A DNA stretch of 35,247 bases, taken from the NCBI RefSeq assembly GCF_001194135.2, contig NC_068983.1, positions 26,378,433 through 26,413,679 of the forward strand, in the 5' to 3' direction. Origin of the DNA: Octopus bimaculoides. Its lineage: Eukaryota. Shown here one piece after another: positions 23,943 to 35,247 of this stretch (positions within the stretch are counted from its first letter, which is position 1; every line of letters begins with the position of its first letter). The notes under the pieces are model-generated. The model was not told the origin of the DNA. It did not search any database and worked only from the letters and a program-made list of their open reading frames with translations. The position numbers and the translations under genes are program-made.

Positions 23943-25114
23943 GCTATGCCACTTACTATTTTTCGTATTAGACACGTACACACAGACACAGACGCACACA
24001 TAATTTTTCGTGTGTTTATGGGAGTAAAAATTGTAATGCATCACTAAATCAGTTGTTATTAACTACATATTACCGATTTGTTTCAATAGCAAACATCTTT
24101 TTTTTTAAATGCTGCACTTTCAAAGTTATAAGACTAGTTTATGTAAAAAGAAACCAACAAAACAAATATAGAATAAATAAAACTAAATGCTGATTTTTTT
24201 GTCCTTTGAATCCTCCCTTTACATCTACGCACTGGAATTCTGATCCAAACCATCAAAAGCACTTTACACATCTTAGATATCTAAATAATCTTAGCAATAG
24301 CATAAGGAGTTCAGATCAAACTGATCTGTCATTCAAGACTACTTAATATATCATGTAAGTGCTTCAATCCTTTATTTATGTTCTTGGCACACACTCTATA
24401 TATTTATACAACAATTAATAGCCTGCTAACTGGCATGGCTTCATAGGCTCACAATCGCCTGATCAATAAACATTTTAAAAACTTACATACATGTCTTCTT
24501 GCTATTATCGTTGTTAGCTGCGGCTAAGTATTAATACTCGAGGCTGCAAACGAGTTTAGCCAGCTACAGGGGAGTAAATGCACGCAATGCGTTGCGTTAT
24601 CAATTATGTTTGTATTATCAGATTTTCAAAGAAATAGCTCCAAAGATGTTGTTATAGCATATTGGCTGGTAATCAAAGGATTATATAATCGATTAGAGCG
24701 TTGTAAATTGATCGATCAGTTACTGTCCGTACTAAAAGGACGTAATATTCTTCTGTCTGAGAATGAAATAATCTTCCAAATAAGATAACGTTAATTTAAC
24801 AATTCAACATGGATAAAAGCAAAGACGTAATATTTTTAAAATGAACTTGTAAACTGATTTTACACACATTAAGTTGTTTTTTTCTTTGCAATAATCTCCG
24901 ACCTGTTTTATATAAATTCGCAGAGTATATAAATGAAAGTTTATTTTTTTTATTTTAAAATTTTAATTTTTACATAATTAATACAGTTTAAAAAGCAAAG
25001 CCGATTTTATTTGTTGTTTACTGGTATTGATACGTTTTAGAATACGTTAGTTATTATTTAAAATAGTAATTTTTCATCACAAAATTCAATGAATATTTAT
25101 AAATCTCCTGTTGT

Positions 25115-25129
25115 TAAACACACACACAC

Positions 25130-25169
<40 letters not shown>

Positions 25170-25200
25170 ACTCACACTCTCTCACACACACAAACACATG
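25115..25200. repeat. (AC)n microsatellite
   Basis: Direct reading. Confidence 0.9.
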
Positions 25201-26271
25201 CATATATAAAGAGAGAGGTAAATAGATGAAAATATAGTGGCTATCGATCTATCATAGACACATGCACAGACACGTACAGACACACACACACATATATTAT
25301 AAGTGTAGACATGTGTGTGCGTGTGTGCGTGTACAAAAGCACATACAGATACCAAAATATATAAACACTTAGATACTCGTAGATATATATGTTTAAACGG
25401 AAAAGAATTGAGTACTAAATACACACAATAAAGTGAAATACTGTAAGCTAAAATTCCTTCACTGGTAAAACAAAATATAGTCTTTAAGTCAATGCTTCAA
25501 TAAACACAACAGGTCAGAGGATGATGCAGCGTAAATGGAAATAGCATGCAATTGTTGATATTATAACATTAAAATCATTTTTGTAAGGTGTATAATGGAA
25601 TGGGCACATTGCATAACTTTTATGTAACTCATGAACACTATATAATACAATAACAAAAAATAACTTGTGCTATCTATCTATATGTCGACATCTTCACAGA
25701 CGCGCACGTGCACACATATGTATATAGGCATTGCGTACAAGATATCAAAAATTGTCAAAGTGTAGTAAAGCGATGGTGAAACTATTTTCCCATTTTCTGA
25801 AAAAGCAACGTTTTATACTTACGACATTTTCGCATAATAAAAAATAATATATTTAGCGACCCAATTCCAAGCATATAATATGGTAGAGACTTTTATGTTA
25901 TACAACCACTTCCACAGAAAATGTCGAAGGATACCTGAGTGACTCCAAAGTAACTAGTATCTGTCTACGTCAGACTTTCTAGCATTCTACATAGGCAACA
26001 CTACAAATTTCTCAATCGAATGCAGAAGCTTTGGTCTCACTCGTGAGAATCGAATTTGGTTACATCATAAACATGTAAACATTTCGAATGATATTAAACA
26101 TATAGGAGATATACTACACTAATAATAATAGCATGTAATATATTTAGATAAGAATAAACGTTGAGGGATTATTTTTCAATCTAATATTCTTCTCCACGAT
26201 GTTATCAATATCTTTTTTACTATTCGAGTTCCACCGTGAAAGATATTTTATTTCATATCTTTCGGAGTTTA

Positions 26272-26275
26272 TCTA

Positions 26276-26307
<32 letters not shown>
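26272..26307. repeat. (CTAT)/(CTGT)n microsatellite
   Basis: Direct reading. Confidence 0.9.
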
Positions 26308-26308
<1 letters not shown>

Positions 26309-27247
26309 AGATGACTAGAGACTTAAGGAATACCAAATATATAACGGTTGATAATACTATCTAATTAGCTTCTGGATTCTGGCTTTGTGTATAAAAATCT
26401 ACCAGAAATTTTATTTATGGAATAAAATGTAGTTTTGAATTATTTGTTGCTGTAACGAAAGGCTGCATATGCCATGTTGCAAACGGATAAGTTGTATTTA
26501 AAACAAAGTAAACTTGGCATCTTATACTGCAAAATGTAACTTTATCTTTTTTCTTTGGAATCCGCTTTTGTTCCAAATGTATTGGGCTTGACTATAGAAT
26601 CTTTCACTAAGCTTTGCGGAGGTATATATAGAAATATAGCAAGTGTACAGCTATTCATCAACATGCTGATGTTATTTGCTACAAACCCCTAAGCAAAATC
26701 TCGCTTTATTCTATATGTTTCCGATTTTACCGAAATACTAAAATAGAATTATGATTATGATAATTTTCAGGAGAATAAACTCATATCGGTCTTCCTTATA
26801 CATGTCTTTACATATAATATATTATTATTTAGTATTCGTAAGTTTAACATAGACAATAGTGGATTTGATAGGAATATTTGCAGAACAATAGAGTGAAATT
26901 AAATTTTGAAATTCAAACATGGCTTCCGTCTCTATCTTGTTTAACTCAGAACACTAACTTACCAAACGTTTGTTACAGGTGATAGAAAATATAAATAACA
27001 ATGGAACTATTTTGATTTGCAGTCAAACGTTCTATGAAATTTCATTCATGGAATGAAGACCACTTTATGCTTTATGAAATCGCCATACTGTTTAGTATGT
27101 TACTTGTAAATTTATTACGTGGCACTGATCGAACACATCAATAAAAGGGTTTGTTGTTAATTATATCATTTATTACAAAATATTTAGACACCAAAACAGA
27201 ATGCAAAATTATGCACGTAGATCACCGACTCTCAAAGTCACACACTC

Positions 27248-27252
<5 letters not shown>

Positions 27253-27336
<84 letters not shown>

Positions 27337-27376
27337 CGCACGCACACACACACACACACAAACATACGCACACACA
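27253..27376. repeat. Long (AC)n microsatellite
   Basis: Direct reading; explains four overlapping ORFs in the track. Confidence 0.95.
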
Positions 27377-27406
27377 AATGCTCGCGCACATATGCACGCA
27401 AAAATA

Positions 27407-28254
27407 TATGGTGTAATGGGTAAATTTTCGCCATTTTTTAATCTTTAGTTTCACTTCGGTGCTTTGGTTGTTTTTAATTTGTTCGACTCCACAGTGTAGT
27501 AGGATTAGTTGGGCACCGTCTGTGAGATAGAAAAAAACACCATGATGCAAATCACTCTGCCAGAAAATTGGTAACGGCATGCTCCACTGATTGGTATTCG
27601 CACCGTAAGCTCTAATGCGAACATTTCAGAGTGCTTGGGTGTCAATCTGAGGACAGAGCAGAGCATTTGCAAAGAGTTGTATGAATCTTATGGTGATTAC
27701 TAAGGTACGACAGCGTGGAAAATTCACGTTATACCTTCATTCATCTTCCCACAGAAACGCAGACTCAACATGGAGACCTACATCAAGTGCCTGCATGGTG
27801 TAGTGCTGCCCTGAATGAAGAAGGTGGCTGCTGGAAGACCCTATGTCTGGCAGCAGGATTCTGCAGCATACAACACAAGCAAGAGAACCCAGTCATGCCT
27901 GTCACACAATTTCTGCGACCACATCACTTCTAAACTCTTGCCACCTAACTGCCCCAAACTGTAACCCCCTTGGTTATTATGTGTGGGGCTCAGTTAAGAG
28001 TAAATATAAATCCTTGTAACACCAGTGTTGAACGGAAGACAAAGATTATGGCAGCATTCACCAACTTAAAAAAGGAAACCGTCCAGAAGAGTTGCAAGAG
28101 AGTTTGAGGTCACCAAAAGACCGTGATCGAAGGCAATGGCGATTATTTTCTAGCTTCAGCTCAGAGCTTTGGCCATGCTGGTGCATCGTAATTTGAATAA
28201 ATTTCAAGCTATTTTTATGTAATTTAGACGACTATTCATTCATGGTACACTCTA
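27407..28254 (+). mobile_element. Internally deleted maT (DD37D-type) element (~850 bp), transposase pseudogene
   Basis: N-terminal MMQITLPENW*RHAPLIGIRTVSSNANISECLGVNLRT (from 27542) is fused to HVIPSFIFPQKRRLN...LP*MKKVAAGRPYVWQQDSAAYNTSKRTQSCLSHNFCDHITSKLLPPNCP[+1 frameshift]NCNPLGYYVWG. There are 37 residues between the QQD aspartate and the third catalytic position (here G). Degenerate TIRs near 27407 and 28225-28254. Confidence 0.9.
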
Positions 28255-28424
28255 TATCTATGTATCTATATGTGTGTGTGAAAGTATTTATGCATATATC
28301 TGGATACAATGTATACATGTGACTCTGTATTCATATATATGTAATGGATATATACACATAGACACACGCATGCACATGAAAACACACGCATATGTATAAC
28401 TGACATACGCGTATTCATATACAT

Positions 28425-28555
28425 CCCAAAACATACACAGACACATATATATAAATGCACTTATCCATTCACGTGTACAACTATAACCTACCTACCTAAT
28501 ACCTGCTTGCCTACATACTTCCTACCTATATACACACACACAAACACACACACAC

Positions 28556-28637
<82 letters not shown>

Positions 28638-28710
28638 TTACAAACATTCATACATGCATGATACATAAACACATACATACATACATGCATCCATCCACAC
28701 ATACATGCAT
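28425..28710. repeat. Compound (CCTA)/(AC)/(AT)/(ACAT) microsatellite
   Basis: Direct reading. Confidence 0.85.
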
Positions 28711-30390
28711 TCATACACCAGAACGACTTGTTCTGTTTGATTAATGTATTTGTTTGAACATCTGGTTTTCTCAATGAGGTATCGTTTATTCTGTCTGTTA
28801 TTCTCTTTGTGTCTGTGTGTCTGTGTGTGCTTGTGTGCTTACTTTGATGTTTTTTCTGCAACTGGTAAATCATGAATATTTAGTGAAATTTTCATGTAAA
28901 TGGTATATCATAACCGAAAAATAAACCTGATGAGTAACGCTAGTGCGCAAGTGAAACGATGCAAAATCAACAGTTTTAAGGATTGCTGTATAAAATTATT
29001 GCGATTATCTGCCTACAATATGTGCTGTACTGATGTTTATTTTCTTAGTTGTAAAGTACAGTAATATCATATTTCCCACTAATTCTTGCATGTATCGAAA
29101 ACTGCTCGAGCGCAAAAATCACGTCTTTACATATATAAAAAAAAATACATGCATGTACTTGGAGGATAACCCAAATATATATCCGCCGAAATAGGTCTGC
29201 AGATGTTGGCGTTTGCTTCATTCTGAGCAGTTCTTATAATTCGTGATATATTTATTTAGTCTTTATTATTTTTGGGACTGCCATCGTCAAGTTGTTTGAC
29301 GCCGAAACTATTGACATTCTGCGATCACGTGATTTTTTTCATCATGATCTTAAGTGAAGCCATCAAAGCTGATTTTTGTTCTGTTTTTGTTATTGTTCTC
29401 CTAAGTATTATGTTTATCTCAATTTTTGTTGTTTTTTATAGAGAGCCCGCTCTGTAGAATTATGCCAGAAGTGAATATTTCATGAACTTTTAACGACCCT
29501 TTCTTCTGATTTATATTTGCTCTTACTTAAAGTTTATATATTTAGATTCAGCTTAGTTATGGCTTTCTTTCAAGTGTATTAAGTAGTTTCTACACAGAAA
29601 TAATCTTGGCTGTAGTGGGCTATGGTGTTTGTACATCGTGCAATAGATATATTTTAGAGTTCCATTTGGTCACACAACATCATTTTGTCATGAGTTCCAA
29701 GGCATTTTTCTCTAAATTTCAAGTAATATCGTACATTATTAACAAACACAAAGGTTTAAGTCTCAGAAGTTATATTTTGCATAAATTCTTCAAGACAATT
29801 TAAGTGTACTTGTAGATAGGCGTAACTAAGTTTTCACAACAATTAAAAAAACAAAACAAATGTAAGCCGAATAATCTGATCTCAATAATAAGCTTGTTTT
29901 TTTTTGCCTGTCATGTATATTGCACTAAGACCTAAGTTGGAAGTATATGTATTGAAATCTATTTGCCTGGGAAATGTCTATATTTGTATTTTTAGTGCCA
30001 TACAACCGCTATTTCTGTGTAGTAATGTTTTCTGGCCAAACGGTCGTTTAGCAAAAGTATTGCTAATAGTAATCTACATCTTTTTGAAAGAAATGGCTTG
30101 TACAAATATCAATTACATACATCGATATAGCATGGCCCATTGAGCCTTGCGTGTGCGTAGGAGACGTCATCGACTCTTGCTATACTATTTTACATGACTT
30201 GAAGTCCCATAACTTAATACTGCGTGTCACTTTGTCCAGAATTTTACTGATTTTAACATCTACTTCCATTTATAAATTATTTACATCTTTGATATGTGAT
30301 TGAGACTATTTTCATATTGCGAATAAATATCTTTTACATAAAGATATAAAATATTGTTACATATTTTCTCAGCAGAATAGTTTCAAATAT

Positions 30391-30503
30391 TGGCACTGGT
30401 ATTTATTTTTATCGACCCCGAAATGATGAAATGCAAAGTCGACCTCGGTGGCATTTGAACTCAATTGTAACGTCGGACGAAATGTCGCCGAGCATTTTCC
30501 TCG
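30391..30503 (-). mobile_element. Octopus-type SINE fragment
   Basis: atcgaccccgaaatgatgaaatgcaaagtcgacctcggtggcatttgaactc, reverse complement of the SINE core including the B-box. Confidence 0.85.
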
Positions 30504-30760
30504 TATACTTTATGCTCTTACTACGATGAACATCGTCATTCCATGTGAATAAAAGAGTGTCTTGTTGGAATCAGTGAAATCTGTTCTAGTTTCTTTCGAA
30601 ATCTGATTTGCAGCAGATGTCACTTAGTGAAACCAGAATATTATTTGATTAGATATTTACATATGTGTCAATTCATTGGCAGCAATGATACTAAAGCTTA
30701 AATGATTTTTCTTGAAAGACTACCGTTGAGCAAAAGAAACATAAAACGTAGGAACTTGTT

Positions 30761-30975
30761 TATTAATCCCGTCTTCTGCAGGCAAAATGCCTGAAATTTT
30801 GAGGCAGGGGCTAGTCGATTACATTGACCCCAGTACTCAACTGGTAATAATTTTATCGAAGCCGAATTGTCGAAAGGCAAAATTAACCTCGACGGATTGA
30901 ATCTCAGAACGTGAAACTGGAAGAAATACCGCGAAGCATTTTTCTCCAGCATGTATCGATTCTGTCTGCTCGCTG
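30761..30975 (-). mobile_element. Near full-length octopus-type SINE
   Basis: ctagtcgattacattgaccccagtactcaactggta...gaaaggcaaa...ctcagaacg...aataccgcgaagcattt...ctgctcgc. Confidence 0.88.
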
Positions 30976-31404
30976 ACATATGGAAATGTATTATAATCAA
31001 CTATAAGTTAACGTGTGATTGGAGTAGTAATTATGCCTTTTATTGCCGCTGCGTGCCTAGGTATTACATTATGCGAGTATAAACAACAAAAACAGTGACG
31101 GGACTTTCATGACATCAACTTTATTGCTAATCTATGAAACTTCAAACTTCCATTGGTTTCATCATTGTATAGCTAGTCTTATTTTTAACATATATGTAAT
31201 GAGTTGACAACAGCAAGCAACAGCAGTTAAATCTATCTTTAATATATTTATGAGGGAGTACATAGCAATAAACTGCATGATCAATATCGGACACAGTTTC
31301 TAGGACTTTGTTTTATATCTGAAACGCGTAAAGGGTTGTTCTTAACTATTTGTCTATCTGTCTACCTTCATCTCTCCCTCTCTCTCCCTCTGTCTCTTGA
31401 TATA

Positions 31405-31436
<32 letters not shown>

Positions 31437-32004
31437 CACCATGTGTGGTGCTTTAACACTTCCGAAGGAGAACGTCATCAAATAACGCACGAAGTAATAC
31501 CTTGCATCATTTCCTAAGACTTACTGCGTAAATAATTGTTGTTTTCATCCTCACTGGTTTCATAAAAGCTTCATATACAACTCCGAGAATATACAGCTAG
31601 CACTAGTTTCTGTCATAAACTATGTTGTATGTATCCATAAACAACATGCGTAATATTGAAAAATAATTAAGAGTGTTTATGGTTATGTTGTGGAGTTAGC
31701 AGTGAGGTCTATCTTCATTTCGGAAGTTGTATTTCACTGAGATATATTAATCAGGCAGCTTTATTCAATTGCTACATGTAGTAAAACAATTATTAAACAC
31801 CCATCACTTATCACTGAATGTAGGAATTTAGAATCAAGCGAAGCAACTGATTTTAATTGTCCATTCCTTTTACAAACATTCAACATGTATACATGTAGTC
31901 ATCTAATGGCAAAACATTTTATGTAGCAGAGCTAAATTGTAAACATCTATACATAAAATGAGATTAAAGAATAGGCCGACTATATCGGAGGTATTTATGT
32001 CATT

Positions 32005-32038
<34 letters not shown>

Positions 32039-35000
32039 AAATATCAATGTCGAATAATTAGATTGATTTAGGCTGATGCACCCAACTACTTTAATCTTAT
32101 GGTTGAAAATGTTACTAATTCAGCTGATCGATTTCAATCTCCAAAGTAATATAATTATTGCCATAATTATCAAATGCTAAACATGACAATGTCTTTGTCA
32201 TTGATGAACATCAAATTCATTTAAAGGTTTCTCATTCCATTCATATATTTTAGCTCTTTCATATTTTCAATAATTTACAAGGAGATAGGGTTAAATGTTA
32301 AACTCTAAAACCTGGTTCCATGTATTAGTAATGCTATTTTGAATAACTAGAAGCAATGAAAACCTCATAATTATTGCACACTGGAAAAGGCGAATTCATA
32401 AATACAATAATAATTATATATTTGAAGTGAGTCCCCTTTAAGTATTTTAGAATATATGTTTTACATAGATAATCTTGGCACACTTATTGTATATAAAGAG
32501 TAGTGTCGAAATCTTTAAGCATCCTTTACAGAAATAATAACACTTCGTTGTTCTAAAAGAACTCTTACTTGTATATAGAATCTGACAATTACAGCTCTGT
32601 ATAAAATATCCGAGTATGTAAATAGACAGTCGTGTTATTGATTATAGCTCGCTTCTCATCAATTATATCCAGTTAACATCTACAATCAGAAATGTGAAAT
32701 ATCTTCTCTTGAAGCAACAACGAAGATACCTGTAGTTATGTCTCAACACATGCTCTCTTTGATTCTCGTATCAATAATGGTAGTTCGATGCCTTGGAGAA
32801 TAGCAGTCACCTCTCCTCACAGAATAGAGAGCATTCAGAGTAGTGTTTAATTCAATTTGCTTCTAGTTACAAAAGATGTATTTTTCGATGTTTTATCCTC
32901 ATTTATAGCAGGAGAAATTCTACAGATTTGTCTCTAAAATTTTAAATAAGGTTACACTGTCACTGTGTTGTCTATTAAAGATATCACGGTATCTTTGAGA
33001 ACATATTCTGGTAAAGTTTGGTCAACTTTGTTATGTGTAGCATATATTGAGACGATGCAATACAAGAAATTAGTTATATTTAAAGACACTTTTATATGTG
33101 AGTGCGTTTTGTGTGTTGTGTGTGTTTGTGTGTACGACTTTAAATATGCGCGCGTGTCGTTTCTTGCTATTTTATCTATAATTAAATTTCAAGTGAGACT
33201 TTAATTATATTTTTCAAGCTTCAATGAAATACATGGTTTTTAACTGTATTATATAATACATCAGATTAATTAATACACCCGGTTCTCGTGCAAAACGTAC
33301 CTACATTATTTTCTCATAGAAATGTAAAGGAAACAAATATACTAGAGACAATACATGCAATTACTTTCTATTTTAACATGTATGATGGAATATTGAAGCT
33401 TATATTACGAGTGTTAGTAAAATATTTCCCGAAAGCGAAGTATTGCATTTGATGAACACAAATTTCGAGATATGTTTATTGATAACATCCAGTACGTAAT
33501 ATTAATTATAGAATTAGCCATAATAGTTGATCGCATTATACATACGAGAATACAAGAGATACGTTTTAATGTGTATTGCAGAGAAGTACATGAACGTTTA
33601 TATATATAACATGGAAAATGTGAGCATGAAATGTAAAATTCTTAAGATTATAATCCTGGAAAAGTACAAGACAAGTTATTGCATCTGTAAAAGTTTAGGA
33701 CAAACTATTACTTCAAATAAAGTAAAGAATAAGAAAGTTTTTACTTAAAATATTGCAGCAAAGAATTCCACTACTTCTAATTTATCACTCTTTACAGTTC
33801 TCATCTTTTAAATTTATTGTAGAAAACTGTTCGGCTAGTTTGTAAGTTTGTCTAATTAGTCACCTTTGTCTATACTTAAGGTAGTAAATTAGCCAAATTC
33901 TACTTAAATATGTATAGTGTTATCGGTACACTATAACAAATTAATTTTAATTATTCAAATTTTAATTTTAGCTGCAATATTTTAAGTAAGAGTTTCTCTT
34001 TCTTTACTTTACTTGAAATAATAGTTTGTCCTATACTTTTACGGGTGTCATAACCTGTCCTGTATATTTCCAGGTTTGTAATCTTAAAAAGATTACTTTT
34101 CATCCTCGCATTTTCCCATGTAATCCATGATATTTCCAGGCATTGCTGTTATAAGACATTTGATAATGTATCAATTAATAATTTAGGATTTTACCTTATA
34201 AAATACTGAAAGAAAATATTTCATTTTTTTTTTATGTAAGTGATGATAACATTTCAATTTTTTTCATGTTTAATTTAAATATATCTTTTGATTGAATTAT
34301 TTGATATTACCCATTCATACCAAAATAACGGCAGGAATTTTTACCATGTTGTTGGTTGCACCATAGCTCACCATATGTTACATACAACAAAACCTCCAAA
34401 CCATAAGTTACCAGGCTCACCTTAAGTAACCTGCTTTTGTAATATTAGGAGGTTACAGGAATTCATTCAATGAAACAAATCCCAATGATTCCGGGGTTGG
34501 GTCGGCCCCCCTATTTTTCTCCGTACCAAAAGTAGGGATTTCTAGCATATTAGGAGGTCAGGGTACTTGGTTCCATGCAAAAAATTATAATTTTTAAAAT
34601 CTTAGTGAAAATCGTGCGGATGTTAATATAGAAATTGATCATAATGTTCTTGTTATTTAGCCTCCAATGAAGCCTGAGACTGCAAACGTATCATCAAAGA
34701 CATTCAAAGACAGCAAACCGTCTTTTTAGGGATGATCTTGGACATTACATACAATGGGCGTGTGATTTAGGTAGGCTTCTATTTTTAACTTGTCGAATGA
34801 CCAGGTAGAGTATCTTGTATTGGTTCGATTGCGTAATGATACTTTTTTTACACATATATGTAATATGTATAAACATATATATATATTTCTTTTCTATTTG
34901 AAAATTGGTTATGAAACACGTGTAATCTTTTTATTATATTTATCTTATGATATTTACTTTACTTTATATTATACTCATTTATTGTGCTTTTAATTATTAA

Positions 35001-35247
35001 TTTTTCTATATGTGACAGTGGATTTTCATCGATGAGTTCTTGAAAATTGGTTATTTTCCCTAAAACTATATATATTTTATATATACTTTATCTATAAGGC
35101 TCAATATAATTTTAATTTTTTATAAATTGATTTTAATTGAGTTTTTTACCTGTAATTTTGGATTTTGTCCCTAATAATATTATTATTTTCTAATTTATAA
35201 TTAATGTTTGTTGTTTGTATTTAACTTTCAATTTTTCGTTGATTATG

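Noticed and set aside
26771-27095. Two plus-strand exon-like segments (ENKLISVF..., KRSMKFHSW...)
   Set aside because: Splice-like motifs are frequent in AT-rich DNA and the peptides are unrecognisable.

Overview
AT-rich, microsatellite-dense eukaryotic DNA with seven N-gaps, all flanked by simple repeats as in a short-read assembly. The recurring tRNA-derived SINE (ggcggtgagctggcagaatc...gagttcaaattcc) and the repeat landscape look like an Octopus/coleoid genome; this is inference from my recollection of those repeats, not a search result. No intact gene can be supported, and nearly all ORFs in the supplied track are microsatellite or gap artefacts. Supported content: about ten SINE copies or fragments, five Tc1/mariner-superfamily relics (a ~225 bp mariner MITE, two internally deleted maT/DD37D-like elements, a Tc1 N-terminal fragment and a heavily decayed mariner transposase), a ~1.06 kb foldback element with ~285 bp terminal inverted repeats, a structured repeat that may be a Penelope-like end, and a few weak, strand-conflicting exon candidates. 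I found no convincing new biological system. The best leads are the foldback element, the pseudoknot/hammerhead-like motif at 14.2-14.3 kb, and the fish-like Tc1 fragment.
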